A stretch of 64,000 bases of DNA from an uncultured Acidobacteriota bacterium (GTDB lineage: Bacteria; Acidobacteriota; Thermoanaerobaculia; Gp7-AA8): contig CAWGHO010000001.1 in assembly GCA_963822445.1 (NCBI GenBank), positions 960,001 through 1,024,000 of the forward strand. The letters run 5' to 3'. The notes below the pieces were generated by a model. That model saw only the letters and a program-made list of their open reading frames with translations. It was not told where the DNA came from and searched no databases. Position numbers and translations under genes: made by a program. Below, in pieces: positions 1 through 11,301 of the stretch (its first letter is position 1; each line of letters begins with the position of its first letter).

Positions 1-661
1 AGATCTCACGGACGCGCTTGAGGCAGTTGTGGATCAGCTTCTCCGCGTAGCGGTTTGTCGTCTCCAGCTCGCGGGCCACGTCGGCGGCCGAACGGCCTTC
101 GAAGTAGTGCAGCCAGAGCGTCTCGCGGCAGCGGGGCTGGAGGTAATCCAGCGCCTGGCGGATGGTCATGCGACGCGCGTACTCGTCCGCCAGCCCCTGT
201 GAGCCCGGATCGCAGTGATCGTTGAAATCCTCAGGCAACGACTCCGTCCGCCCCGATGCGCGCCAGTAGTGACGGCTGGCGTTGCACATCGCGGCGACCA
301 GCCACGCCCGCACGTTGTCGATCTTCGTGCCCGTCTGCAGGAAGGAGAGGAACACTTCCTGGATCAGATTCTCGGCGTCGGTGTCGGGGATGCGGAACTT
401 GCGGCAGGCGACATAGAGCAGCAGATTGCGGTGCTCGATGTACAGCTTCTCCACGTCATCGCCCGCCGTCGGAACCGGCGCCGGCACCGTTGCCGGAGCG
501 GCCGCGACCGGTGGAGTGGGTTCAGACTTCGGCTGCGCCTTCTTCCCGTTCTTACGGGAAGCGGCTGGCGTCACATCGCTCGTGTTCTGTTCAAGCACGG
601 CGGCGCTCTCCTCGCCTTCCTGTTCCGCGGACCGATGCACTCTTGTGGACTTTAGACCCAT
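1..661 (-). CDS. ECF-type sigma-70 family RNA polymerase sigma factor (3' end runs off the window)
   Basis: Hand translation from the ATG at 661 gives ...DAENLIQEVFLSFL...VRAWLVAAMCNASRHYWR (region 2) and ALDYLQPRCRETLWLHYFEGRSAADVARELET (region 4). Pro/Ala-rich N-terminal extension. Absent from the ORF track because there is no stop in the window. Confidence 0.85.
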   Translation of the reverse strand, partial: MGLKSTRVHRSAEQEGEESAAVLEQNTSDVTPAASRKNGKKAQPKSEPTPPVAAAPATVPAPVPTAGDDVEKLYIEHRNLLLYVACRKFRIPDTDAENLIQEVFLSFLQTGTKIDNVRAWLVAAMCNASRHYWRASGRTESLPEDFNDHCDPGSQGLADEYARRMTIRQALDYLQPRCRETLWLHYFEGRSAADVARELETTNRYAEKLIHNCLKRVREI

Positions 662-825
662 GTCACGTTACCACGTTTCTTCCGTGGGGGCTGAGCTTCC
701 GTAGTGAAAGCCTTACCTCCCGCGACCTCTTGTGGACGAGTGAAGCCTACCGCAATTACTCAGATTTTCCGGATGTATGGAGATCATCGCACGAACCGGG
801 TCTTCGATGCTATCCTCCGCCGCCG

Positions 826-2235
826 ATGAGCGCCGATCAGACCCGCCGGCTCGTCGACGAAACCTGGTCCTCGTCGATCGTGCCCACCCTCGAGCAGTAC
901 ATCCGCATTCCCAACCAATCTCCCCTCTTCGATCCGGACTGGAAACGCAACGGCCATATGGATCGCGCCGTCGCGCTCGCCAGGAGCTGGGTCGAGCAGC
1001 AGGGCATCGCCGGTCTGACGCTCGAAGTCCACGAGCTCGGTGATCGCACTCCATTGATCTACATGGAGATCGAGGGCGACGATTCCTCGACCGTCCTCAT
1101 GTACGGCCATCTCGACAAACAGCCGGCCATGGTCGGCTGGGAAGAAGGCCTCGGACCCTGGACGCCCGTCCTGCGCGACGGCAAGCTCTTCGGCCGCGGC
1201 GGCGCGGACGACGGCTACGCGATCTTCGCCACCATCGCCTCGATCAAAACACTGCAGCAGCAGAAGCTCCCCCACTCGCGCATCGTCGTGATGATCGAGT
1301 GCTGCGAGGAAAGCGGCTCGGTCGACCTGCCCGCGTACATCGATCTTCTCGCCGACCGCATCGGCACGCCGCGCCTGGTCATCTGTCTCGATTCCGGCTG
1401 CGGCAACTACGACCAGCTCTGGATGACGACCTCGCTCCGCGGATCGATCGTCGGCAACCTCAACGTCGAAGTCCTGACCGAAGGCGTTCACTCCGGCGAT
1501 GCGTCCGGCATCGTGCCTTCCAGTTTTCGCATGATCCGGATGATCCTCGATCGCCTCGAAGACGCGAAGACCGGCCAGATCATCCCGGACTGGCTCCACG
1601 TCGAAGTGCCCGCCGACCGTCTCGAGGAAGCGAAAGCAACCGCGAAGGTACTCGGCGACGAGGTCTGGTCGAAGTTCCCCTTCATCGGCGACATGCAGCC
1701 GGTCAGCAAGGACCCGCTGGAGCTGCTCCTGAACCGCACCTGGCGGCCCGCGCTGTCCTACATCGGCCAGGCCGGACTGCCCGACCTCGTCCAGGGTGGC
1801 AATGTGCTCCGGCCGAAGACGTCGATCAAGCTTTCCCTGCGCATCCCGCCGTCACTCGATGCGACCGACATCGACCGCAAGCTGAAAGAGCTGCTCGAAA
1901 GCGATCCGCCCTACGGTGCGAAGGTCTGGTTCGAGCCGGAAAAGGGCGGCGGCGGATGGGTAGCGCCGAAGGTCGCGCCGTGGCTCGAGGAAGCGGTGGA
2001 GCGCGCATCGCAGACCTGCTTCGGCAAGGGCGCGATGACGTTCGGCGAAGGTGGCTCGATTCCGTTCATGGGAATGCTCGGCACGCGCTTCCCGACCGCG
2101 CAGTTCCTCATCACCGGCGTCCTCGGCCCGCACAGCAACGCCCATGGCCCGAACGAGTTCCTCGACATCGAGTACGCCAAGGGACTCACCGCGTGCGTGA
2201 CGCAGGTGCTCTCGGCCGAACGCGCCAGCGCCTAG
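826..2235 (+). CDS. M20/M25/M40 family metallopeptidase (dipeptidase/ArgE-DapE-like)
   Basis: Motifs YGHLDKQP, GRGGADDG, CEESGS and HGPNE. Start placed at ATG 826, downstream of a TGCTATCCT box. Confidence 0.9.
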   Translation: MSADQTRRLVDETWSSSIVPTLEQYIRIPNQSPLFDPDWKRNGHMDRAVALARSWVEQQGIAGLTLEVHELGDRTPLIYMEIEGDDSSTVLMYGHLDKQPAMVGWEEGLGPWTPVLRDGKLFGRGGADDGYAIFATIASIKTLQQQKLPHSRIVVMIECCEESGSVDLPAYIDLLADRIGTPRLVICLDSGCGNYDQLWMTTSLRGSIVGNLNVEVLTEGVHSGDASGIVPSSFRMIRMILDRLEDAKTGQIIPDWLHVEVPADRLEEAKATAKVLGDEVWSKFPFIGDMQPVSKDPLELLLNRTWRPALSYIGQAGLPDLVQGGNVLRPKTSIKLSLRIPPSLDATDIDRKLKELLESDPPYGAKVWFEPEKGGGGWVAPKVAPWLEEAVERASQTCFGKGAMTFGEGGSIPFMGMLGTRFPTAQFLITGVLGPHSNAHGPNEFLDIEYAKGLTACVTQVLSAERASA

Positions 2236-3107
2236 GCGTGCTTTCCCGTGTACCGCTTCTCCCCCGCCTCGACGCGAATCGGTAGCCGGTTCTGCGGCGG
2301 CGGCAGCGGGCAGGTCGCGAACGGCGTGAACACGCACGGCGGGTTGTAGGCCTTGTTGAAGTCGATGATGACCTTGCCGTCGGTACCCGGCTTCTTCGCG
2401 TACAGATAGCGGCCCGCCTCGTACGTCGAGTCCTTGCTCGTCTCGTCCTTGAAGATGATGAAGAACTCGTCCCCCTCGATGATCGGATCGATGCGGTACT
2501 CCTTGCCGTCGATCTCGAACACCAGCGCTCCCGGCGCGATGTTGTTGGTCGTCATCCCCGTCACGTCCGTGATCGGGACCTGTTTCGGCGGGTGATAGGC
2601 CTCCAGCCGCGCCTCCACGCGCCACTTCGGATCGATCGGGAAATACTCGAGACCCTTGAAGTTCAGCCGCGTCGGCGCCTCCGAATCCTTGATCCGCAGC
2701 CCGAAGCGGTCGCCGCGTTTGATCACGTTGAACTGCTTCGTGCCCATGCGGACGATCGTCGGACCACCTTCGTCCGCGTCTGCCAGCAGTTTCACCGATC
2801 CACTGACCGGCGCCCCTTCGATCTGCGCATCCTCGGACGGGTTGAACGTAACCTGGCCGCCGTTCAGCGAGACCGTGCCGGCAGGTGCCTTGTTGTCCCC
2901 CTCCTTCAGCCAGTCCAGCCCGACCAAAGTCAGCCAGCTGTCTTCCTTCTTCAGCCGCTCCGCCCGGTCGGTCTGCCACTTCCGGATCTCATCCTGATGG
3001 CTCGTATCGGGCGCCGAAGCGGTCGTGTCAGCTGCTTTCTCCACCACCTGTTCCTGCTTGCAGGCCACGACTAGCAAAAGAAGGAGCAGCGCCGACAGTC
3101 GTCTCAT
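2232..3107 (-). CDS. DUF1684 family lipoprotein
   Basis: Lipobox-like LVVAC; motifs WLTLVGLDWL, FKDETS..TYEAGRYL and DFNKAYNPPCVFTPFATCPLPP. Confidence 0.85.
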   Translation of the reverse strand: MRRLSALLLLLLVVACKQEQVVEKAADTTASAPDTSHQDEIRKWQTDRAERLKKEDSWLTLVGLDWLKEGDNKAPAGTVSLNGGQVTFNPSEDAQIEGAPVSGSVKLLADADEGGPTIVRMGTKQFNVIKRGDRFGLRIKDSEAPTRLNFKGLEYFPIDPKWRVEARLEAYHPPKQVPITDVTGMTTNNIAPGALVFEIDGKEYRIDPIIEGDEFFIIFKDETSKDSTYEAGRYLYAKKPGTDGKVIIDFNKAYNPPCVFTPFATCPLPPPQNRLPIRVEAGEKRYTGKHA

Positions 3108-3165
3108 GGCGGGTAGCATACGTGAGGGTGGTTTCTCTTTCGCCAACAGACGTGTCAAAAGAAAC

Positions 3166-3774
3166 GTGGCCGAAGTCGCCTCTTTTCCAACAGCCGAGCC
3201 GGAGCGTGCGAACGTGAGCACGCCCGGGCCGTGGGACGAGGAACGGATGCTGCTCGCGGCCATCCGCGCGGGAGATCAGGTGGCCGCAGAAGAACTGGTC
3301 GACCGGACTTACTCGGCCGTGTTCGCTTCGATCTTCCGGCTGTGCGGCGACAGCGACCTCGCCGCGGACCTGACCCAGGAGACATACCAGAAAGCATGGG
3401 GTGCATTGCCCGGCTTCGACGGCCGATCGCAACTCTTCACGTGGCTTTACCGTATCGCCTACACGACATTTCTGAACTACATCCGCCGCCCGCGGCGGAT
3501 GACGTCGCTCGATGAACCGGACTCGTTCGAACCAAGGGACGAAACGCCGTCGGCCGACGCAGTGTTGATGCAACAGGAGGAGGCCGAGAACCTCCGCGAG
3601 GCAGTGATGAAGCTCCCCGAAGACCTGCGATTCACGGTGACCGCGCACTTCTGGGGAGGGCTGCCTGTGAAAGAGATTGCGAGGATCGAGAACATCACCA
3701 CGGTGGCCATCCGCAAACGGCTGCACAAGGCTTTCTCGCTTCTCGAGTCGACGCTCGGCGAGGACGTCCCATGA
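3166..3774 (+). CDS. ECF RNA polymerase sigma factor
   Basis: AADLTQETYQKAW, FTWLYRIAY (region 2) and LPVKEIARIENITTVAIRKRLHKA (region 4). Start (GTG 3166) is uncertain. Confidence 0.85.
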   Translation: MAEVASFPTAEPERANVSTPGPWDEERMLLAAIRAGDQVAAEELVDRTYSAVFASIFRLCGDSDLAADLTQETYQKAWGALPGFDGRSQLFTWLYRIAYTTFLNYIRRPRRMTSLDEPDSFEPRDETPSADAVLMQQEEAENLREAVMKLPEDLRFTVTAHFWGGLPVKEIARIENITTVAIRKRLHKAFSLLESTLGEDVP

Positions 3775-5243
3775 ATACGAAACGCAAAGCTGATCTCCAG
3801 CGGCGACTGTCGCTGGCTCCGGTGCCGAGGCCGCCCGCGGACCTGGCTGACCGGATCAAGTCCGATATCCCGGAGTATCTGCGTCCGGAAACCGACCGCC
3901 GCCGCCTGACGCGCTCCGTCGCGTTCAACATGCGCGTCGCGGCGTCGATCCTGGTCGTCATCTCGTCCGTCATCGCCGCGATCTACCTCCTCGGACCGGA
4001 GGAGGAGATGATGCGGATGTCCCCCACTCCGCAGGCCGCAGCCGTTGCCGACAACAAGAGTCTCGTCGGAACTGACGAACTGCAGGTCGAGATCGCGCAG
4101 CAGGCGGCTCCGCCGGCGGAGGCGGTGCGTCTTGCCGATGCGCCCGCCTCACTCGATGCGGCTTCGCCTGAGAGTGAAGTCGTCGAGCGCACCGGTTCGC
4201 GCCGCAAGGAAGAAGATCGTCGGACCGACGGCGTCGAGTACGGCGTAGTCGGCGGCGTCGCCGGCGGTGTGGTCGGCGGGATGGTGGGCGGAGTCGTCGC
4301 GAATACGACCACCGCCGTCGCCGCGGCGCCAGCGCCGCCCGCCGATTTTGTTTCCGAGGTTGCAGTTGCTCCTGCGCCGGTGCTGGCTGCGCCACCACCG
4401 ACCGTCTCGGAGAGCATCAGCGTCCAGGCCGCGGCGCCAAGAATCGAGCAGCGCACGGCCAAGACGTCCGCCTCCTTCGTTCGCGAGGCTCACGCCGCGG
4501 ATCTCGCCTTGGGCCCTCCGTCGAGCGTCTTCGGCATCTCCATCGATGAAGGCGTCTTCCATCGCATCAAGGAGACGCTCGAAAAGAACCAGCGGCCCAC
4601 CGCGGCCGCGGTGAACGTCGAGGCCATCATCAACTACTTCGCCGGCGGACCGGTGAAGCCGCCCCGCCGCGGTGTGAAGCTCGAGGTCGAAGGCTCCCCT
4701 TCGCCGGTCGGCGGCGTCGGTGCGCGCGGCGGATACCTTCGCTTCACCATCGACACCCCCGTTGCGGAATCGCAGTTGCCGGTCGCGTCGAATGCGAAGC
4801 TCGAGATCGAATTGAACAGCAAGGTCGTCGAGAGCGCGTCGCCGGTCGGCGACTCCGCGATTACCGCTCCGGAATCCGCGCTGCGGCACAACCTGTCGGT
4901 CACCGGTCTCTACCACCTGACACTCAAGCCGAACCTGCGCACGACCGATCGCGTGGCCACCGTCCGCCTGCACTACACGACGGTGGGCGACGGCAAGCCG
5001 CAGTCGCTCGAGAAGACGGTTTACGTTCGCGACTTCGTGAAACTCTGGACGAAAGCCTCGCGTCGCCATCGCGTGGCCTCGCTCGGCGCGGTCTGGGCGG
5101 AATCGCTCAGAGCGGCGTCGCCGGCGCCGGAAGTCGTGAAGCGTGCGGAAGAGCTCGCGACACAGGATCCGGGCGACGAGCGCGCGCAGGAGCTGGCGAC
5201 AGCGGCAAGTGCTTCGTCGAAGCTACCCGCGAGCAGCTTCTGA
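3771..5243 (+). CDS. Putative membrane-anchored anti-sigma factor with a degenerate YfbK-like (vWF_A + DUF3520-like) C-terminal region
   Basis: ATGA overlap with the sigma gene; one TM helix (VAASILVVISSVIAAIYLL); Ala/Pro/Gly linker; motifs SVFGISID...AVNVEAIINYF, VASNAKLEIELN, SVTGLYHL and VATVRLHY. Confidence 0.6.
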   Translation: MNTKRKADLQRRLSLAPVPRPPADLADRIKSDIPEYLRPETDRRRLTRSVAFNMRVAASILVVISSVIAAIYLLGPEEEMMRMSPTPQAAAVADNKSLVGTDELQVEIAQQAAPPAEAVRLADAPASLDAASPESEVVERTGSRRKEEDRRTDGVEYGVVGGVAGGVVGGMVGGVVANTTTAVAAAPAPPADFVSEVAVAPAPVLAAPPPTVSESISVQAAAPRIEQRTAKTSASFVREAHAADLALGPPSSVFGISIDEGVFHRIKETLEKNQRPTAAAVNVEAIINYFAGGPVKPPRRGVKLEVEGSPSPVGGVGARGGYLRFTIDTPVAESQLPVASNAKLEIELNSKVVESASPVGDSAITAPESALRHNLSVTGLYHLTLKPNLRTTDRVATVRLHYTTVGDGKPQSLEKTVYVRDFVKLWTKASRRHRVASLGAVWAESLRAASPAPEVVKRAEELATQDPGDERAQELATAASASSKLPASSF

Positions 5244-5244
5244 G

Positions 5245-5508
5245 TCAGCGTCGCGGGTCGCGCTTCTTGCCGCCGCCGAAGTTGCGCACCGACTGAAAGT
5301 GGACGTTGAAGTAGTTCGCGGCAGCGCGAAGCGCGTTCGCCACGACTCCCTCATCCTTCGCCGGGATGTTCTCGATTGCCAGCCTCATGTGCGGCGGAAG
5401 CTTGCTCCGGCACCGGCGGCAGAGAGCATTCCCGACAGTCTTTTCCAGATCGCAGCGCGGGCAGCTCTTCTTCTTTGCCAAGCCGTTGACTTGATCTTTG
5501 GTGAGCAT
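5245..5508 (-). CDS. Small hypothetical protein with CxxC-x10-CxxC (putative Zn-binding)
   Basis: 87 aa, MLTKDQVNGLAKKKSCPRCDLEKTVGNALCRRCRSKLP...; fills the gap between neighbouring genes. Confidence 0.65.
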   Translation of the reverse strand: MLTKDQVNGLAKKKSCPRCDLEKTVGNALCRRCRSKLPPHMRLAIENIPAKDEGVVANALRAAANYFNVHFQSVRNFGGGKKRDPRR

Positions 5509-5560
5509 CGATTCGTTGGTTATTGTGACACAATCCGCCGCCGCAAAAAGCGGAGGAGCC

Positions 5561-6238
5561 ATGAAGGGTCAGCGAGTCGAATTTCCATCCAATGCTCATA
5601 CGTGTCAGGGCTACTTTTCGTCGCCCCCCACCGGTACCGGTCCGGCTGTGGTCGTCATTCAGGAGTGGTGGGGCCTGGTGCCGCACATCGAGGATGTCGT
5701 CGACCGTTTCGCCGCTGACGGCTTCGTGACCATTGCGCCCGATCTCTTCCACGGCAAGACCACCAAGTCCCCCGACGACGCGGGCAAGATGCTGATGGAG
5801 CTCGACGTCGAGCGCGCTCACAAGGAGATCGCCGGGGCGGCCGACTTCGTCCTGGGCCGCCCCGAATGCACGTCGGAGAAGTTCGGGGTCGTCGGTTTCT
5901 GCATGGGCGGCGCGCTCGCGCAGTACGAGGCGACGCTCAACCCGAAGGTCGGCGCGGCCGTGAGCTTCTACGGCGGATTCAAGAAGGTGCCGCTCGACTG
6001 GGCGAACCTCAACGCGCCGCTGCTTTTGATCTACGGCGAGAACGACAGCGGCGTGCCCGCGTCGCAGGGCATCGAGCTGCAGAAGAAGCTGCGCGAGATG
6101 GGCAAGACGGTCGACGCCGTCGTTTACTCAGGCGCCAATCACGCGTTCTTCAACGACTCTCGGTCCGAGGTTTACAACGCTGATGCGGCGGCCGACGCGT
6201 GGCGGCGGACGATCGAGCTGTTCCGGCGCAGTCTGTGA
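5561..6238 (+). CDS. Dienelactone hydrolase family protein
   Basis: IQEWWGL, nucleophile motif GFCMGG, HAFFND; GGAG RBS upstream. Confidence 0.92.
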   Translation: MKGQRVEFPSNAHTCQGYFSSPPTGTGPAVVVIQEWWGLVPHIEDVVDRFAADGFVTIAPDLFHGKTTKSPDDAGKMLMELDVERAHKEIAGAADFVLGRPECTSEKFGVVGFCMGGALAQYEATLNPKVGAAVSFYGGFKKVPLDWANLNAPLLLIYGENDSGVPASQGIELQKKLREMGKTVDAVVYSGANHAFFNDSRSEVYNADAAADAWRRTIELFRRSL

Positions 6239-7149
6239 TTCGCACTGCGGCGTTCGTCGCTCTGCTGCTGTTCTGCCTCACCCCCTGGTGCTCGCCGCCG
6301 ATCGCCCTGGCCCTCGGCCTCGCTTTCGCGTTGACCGTCGGCAGTCCGTTCAAGACTTCGAAGGCGACGAAGATCCTGCTCCAGGCCTCGGTCGTCGGTC
6401 TCGGTTTCGGTATGAACCTGCAGCGCGTGATCGCCGCCGGTCGCACGGGCATCCTGTTCACGCTCGCGACGATCGTGGGCACGCTCCTCCTCGGCTACGC
6501 ACTTGGACGAGCGATGCGCATCAGCACGGGAACCGCGCACCTCATCTCCTCCGGAACCGCGATTTGCGGCGGCAGCGCGATCGCCGCGGTCGGTCCGGTG
6601 ATCGGCGCAAGCGATGAAGAGATGTCCGTGTCGCTGGGCACGGTCTTCATTCTGAATTCGATCGCGCTCTTCATCTTTCCGCTGATCGGAACGGCCCTTC
6701 ACCTGACGCAGACCCAGTTCGGGGTCTGGTCGGCGATCGCCATCCACGACACGAGCTCGGTGGTCGGCGCGGCCGCGGCATTCGGTGCCGAGGCGTTACA
6801 GGTCGCGACGACGGTGAAGCTCACTCGCGCGCTCTGGATCGTGCCGCTGACCATCGGAACGGCGCTGGCCTTTCGCCGCGGCAAAACCCGCGTGGCCATT
6901 CCCTGGTTCATCGGACTCTTTCTTCTCGCGGCGGTGATGCGAACGTATGTCGACGCGCCTGCTGTCGTCTGGGACACGATCGTGCGCGCGGCGCGCATCG
7001 GTCTCACCGTGACGCTGTTCCTCATCGGGTCGCAGCTCTCGCGAAAGAGTCTCGCCGCCGTCGGCATCCGTCCGCTGATCCTCGGCGTGGTGCTCTGGAT
7101 CGCCATCTCGGCCGCCGGTTTGTGGGCGGTTCGGGCGATGCTCGTCTGA
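6235..7149 (+). CDS. YeiH/UPF0324 putative sulfate exporter family membrane protein
   Basis: Polytopic; GTAICGGSAIAA, AIHDTSSVVGAA and TTVKLTRALWI. GTGA overlap with the upstream gene. Confidence 0.88.
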   Translation: MIRTAAFVALLLFCLTPWCSPPIALALGLAFALTVGSPFKTSKATKILLQASVVGLGFGMNLQRVIAAGRTGILFTLATIVGTLLLGYALGRAMRISTGTAHLISSGTAICGGSAIAAVGPVIGASDEEMSVSLGTVFILNSIALFIFPLIGTALHLTQTQFGVWSAIAIHDTSSVVGAAAAFGAEALQVATTVKLTRALWIVPLTIGTALAFRRGKTRVAIPWFIGLFLLAAVMRTYVDAPAVVWDTIVRAARIGLTVTLFLIGSQLSRKSLAAVGIRPLILGVVLWIAISAAGLWAVRAMLV

Positions 7150-7172
7150 GCGCGGTTACAATCGCCTCCTCC

Positions 7173-9637
<2,465 letters not shown>

Positions 9638-9644
9638 TCATAAA

Positions 9645-11264
9645 TCAGTGACGCGCGGCGCGACGGCGCATCGGCTGAGCGTCCTCGAGATCACCGGTGA
9701 TCACCAGCGCGTAGCTCTGCTTCGTGCCGAAGCCGAGTTGGTGCGCGGTCACGGTGATGTCGTACGTCCCCCCTGATGGATCGTCGATGGAGATCACCTC
9801 GACGTTGTTCAGCCGGTCCGGCGTGGTGGTCACGCCGCTCACGGTAAGGTCGAGGTCATTCACCAGCTGCGGCGTCGTGTCGTTGACTCCGCGAACCGTG
9901 CCGGGCGGATCGGTCCACACCAGGACGGCCTTCAGCGGCGTGCCGGCCCGCGCTTTCACACGAACTGTCGACGATGCACCCGCGGCCAGACCGTTGCTGA
10001 GCGGGACGTCAACCACGCGCAGATCCTTCGTGTCTCCGTCGAAGAAGAGCGCGTCATCGAGCACGGGGAAGCCCCAGCCCTGCTCCGGCGATGGAACGGG
10101 AAGCGCCGGCACATCGAGCACGCCTTCGCGACGCCAGAGCGCGGGACGCGCGGCGGAGATGAGCGTCGCCTTCATCAGCGCGGCGCTGGGCGTCATCGCG
10201 TTCGGCGCGCTGCGCGAGCCGCTGGGATAAAAACCGTCGGTGTAGTACTGGCGAACCAATGCCGCCGCGCCGGCAATCGTCGGCGAAGACCAGGACGTGC
10301 CTGCCTGGCGGGTCACGTCGCACGTGTTCGGATTCGAATCGAAATCGCGATCGCCACCGACAACCGAGGAGGGGCCGATGAGGTCGGGCTTGATGCGGCC
10401 GTCGCGAGTCGGGCCGAACAGCGTGAACGACGAGATCACGTCGTCGTCGTTGCCGCGCGAGCGCGAGCCGCCAACCTGCACGGTGTTCTTCGCGCTGCCC
10501 GGTGCCGAGAGGGAGCGCGGCGGCGAGACGGTTCCGCTGCCGAGGTTGCCGGTGTTGAAGAGCACCAGCGAATCGGGGTGCGACCAGACGAAGGCATCGA
10601 CGTCGCGCGCCGACTGCGGGTAATTCGCGCGCGGCGGGTTCTGAAATGCATTCGCCCCCTGGCGATCGCCCCAGGAGTTCGAATGAATGCGCGCGCCCTG
10701 CTTGTACGCCTGTTCGAACACGCGGGTCAGGTCCAGCGGGCAGCGCAGACCGGGAAGTTGCGCGCAGGTGTCGCCGGTGTTGACGAAGCCGCCGTCCTGA
10801 ATCACGAGCTTCGCCGCAGGAGCGATCGCGTCGGCGTGGTCGTGCATGACCGGCGCGCCGCGATCGCCCGCTGCCGCGCCCGCGGCGTGAGTGCCGTGGC
10901 CTTGGTTATCGAGCGAGCCCGCCGCGCCCGGCGTGTCGCAGCCGACCGCGTTCGGATACTGATCGCAGGAGTAGAGGAAGTTGTAGGCGATGACTTTCCG
11001 CCGCGACAGATCGACGTTCTCCCACTCCAGCCCCGCCGCCGAGCCGGTGTTGAACGGCGGCGCGGAGCCGTCCGGCTCCGCGAAAAAGCAGGAGCTGTAC
11101 TCGAGCCCCGTGTCGATGATGGCGATGATCTGCCCCTGGCCATGGATGCCGCGGTCGTGCAGCGGCGTGGGTCCGCCCGGCCCTCCGGACTGGAGCGAGC
11201 GGTAGGAGACCTCGTTCGCGAACGCGGTCATGGAGATGAGGAGGATCGCAAATAACTTGCGCAT
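9645..11264 (-). CDS. Secreted S8 (subtilisin-like) serine peptidase
   Basis: Signal peptide; triad motifs IDTG, HGTHAAG and GTSWSSP; SNSWG; C-terminal beta domain (LVWTDPP..LVNDLDL); ends in RRRAARH. Confidence 0.9.
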   Translation of the reverse strand: MRKLFAILLISMTAFANEVSYRSLQSGGPGGPTPLHDRGIHGQGQIIAIIDTGLEYSSCFFAEPDGSAPPFNTGSAAGLEWENVDLSRRKVIAYNFLYSCDQYPNAVGCDTPGAAGSLDNQGHGTHAAGAAAGDRGAPVMHDHADAIAPAAKLVIQDGGFVNTGDTCAQLPGLRCPLDLTRVFEQAYKQGARIHSNSWGDRQGANAFQNPPRANYPQSARDVDAFVWSHPDSLVLFNTGNLGSGTVSPPRSLSAPGSAKNTVQVGGSRSRGNDDDVISSFTLFGPTRDGRIKPDLIGPSSVVGGDRDFDSNPNTCDVTRQAGTSWSSPTIAGAAALVRQYYTDGFYPSGSRSAPNAMTPSAALMKATLISAARPALWRREGVLDVPALPVPSPEQGWGFPVLDDALFFDGDTKDLRVVDVPLSNGLAAGASSTVRVKARAGTPLKAVLVWTDPPGTVRGVNDTTPQLVNDLDLTVSGVTTTPDRLNNVEVISIDDPSGGTYDITVTAHQLGFGTKQSYALVITGDLEDAQPMRRRAARH

Positions 11265-11301
11265 CGGGCGAGGGAACGGAGGGCGCGGCGAGGCAATTCC
11301 G

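Noticed and set aside
256-825. 190-aa N-terminal extension of the M20 peptidase ORF
   Set aside because: It overlaps the minus-strand sigma gene and the promoter region; the family-like sequence begins at ATG 826.
4245-4300. GGVAGGVVGGMVGGVV-coding repeat as a DNA repeat element
   Set aside because: It is codon-periodic and explained by a low-complexity peptide linker.
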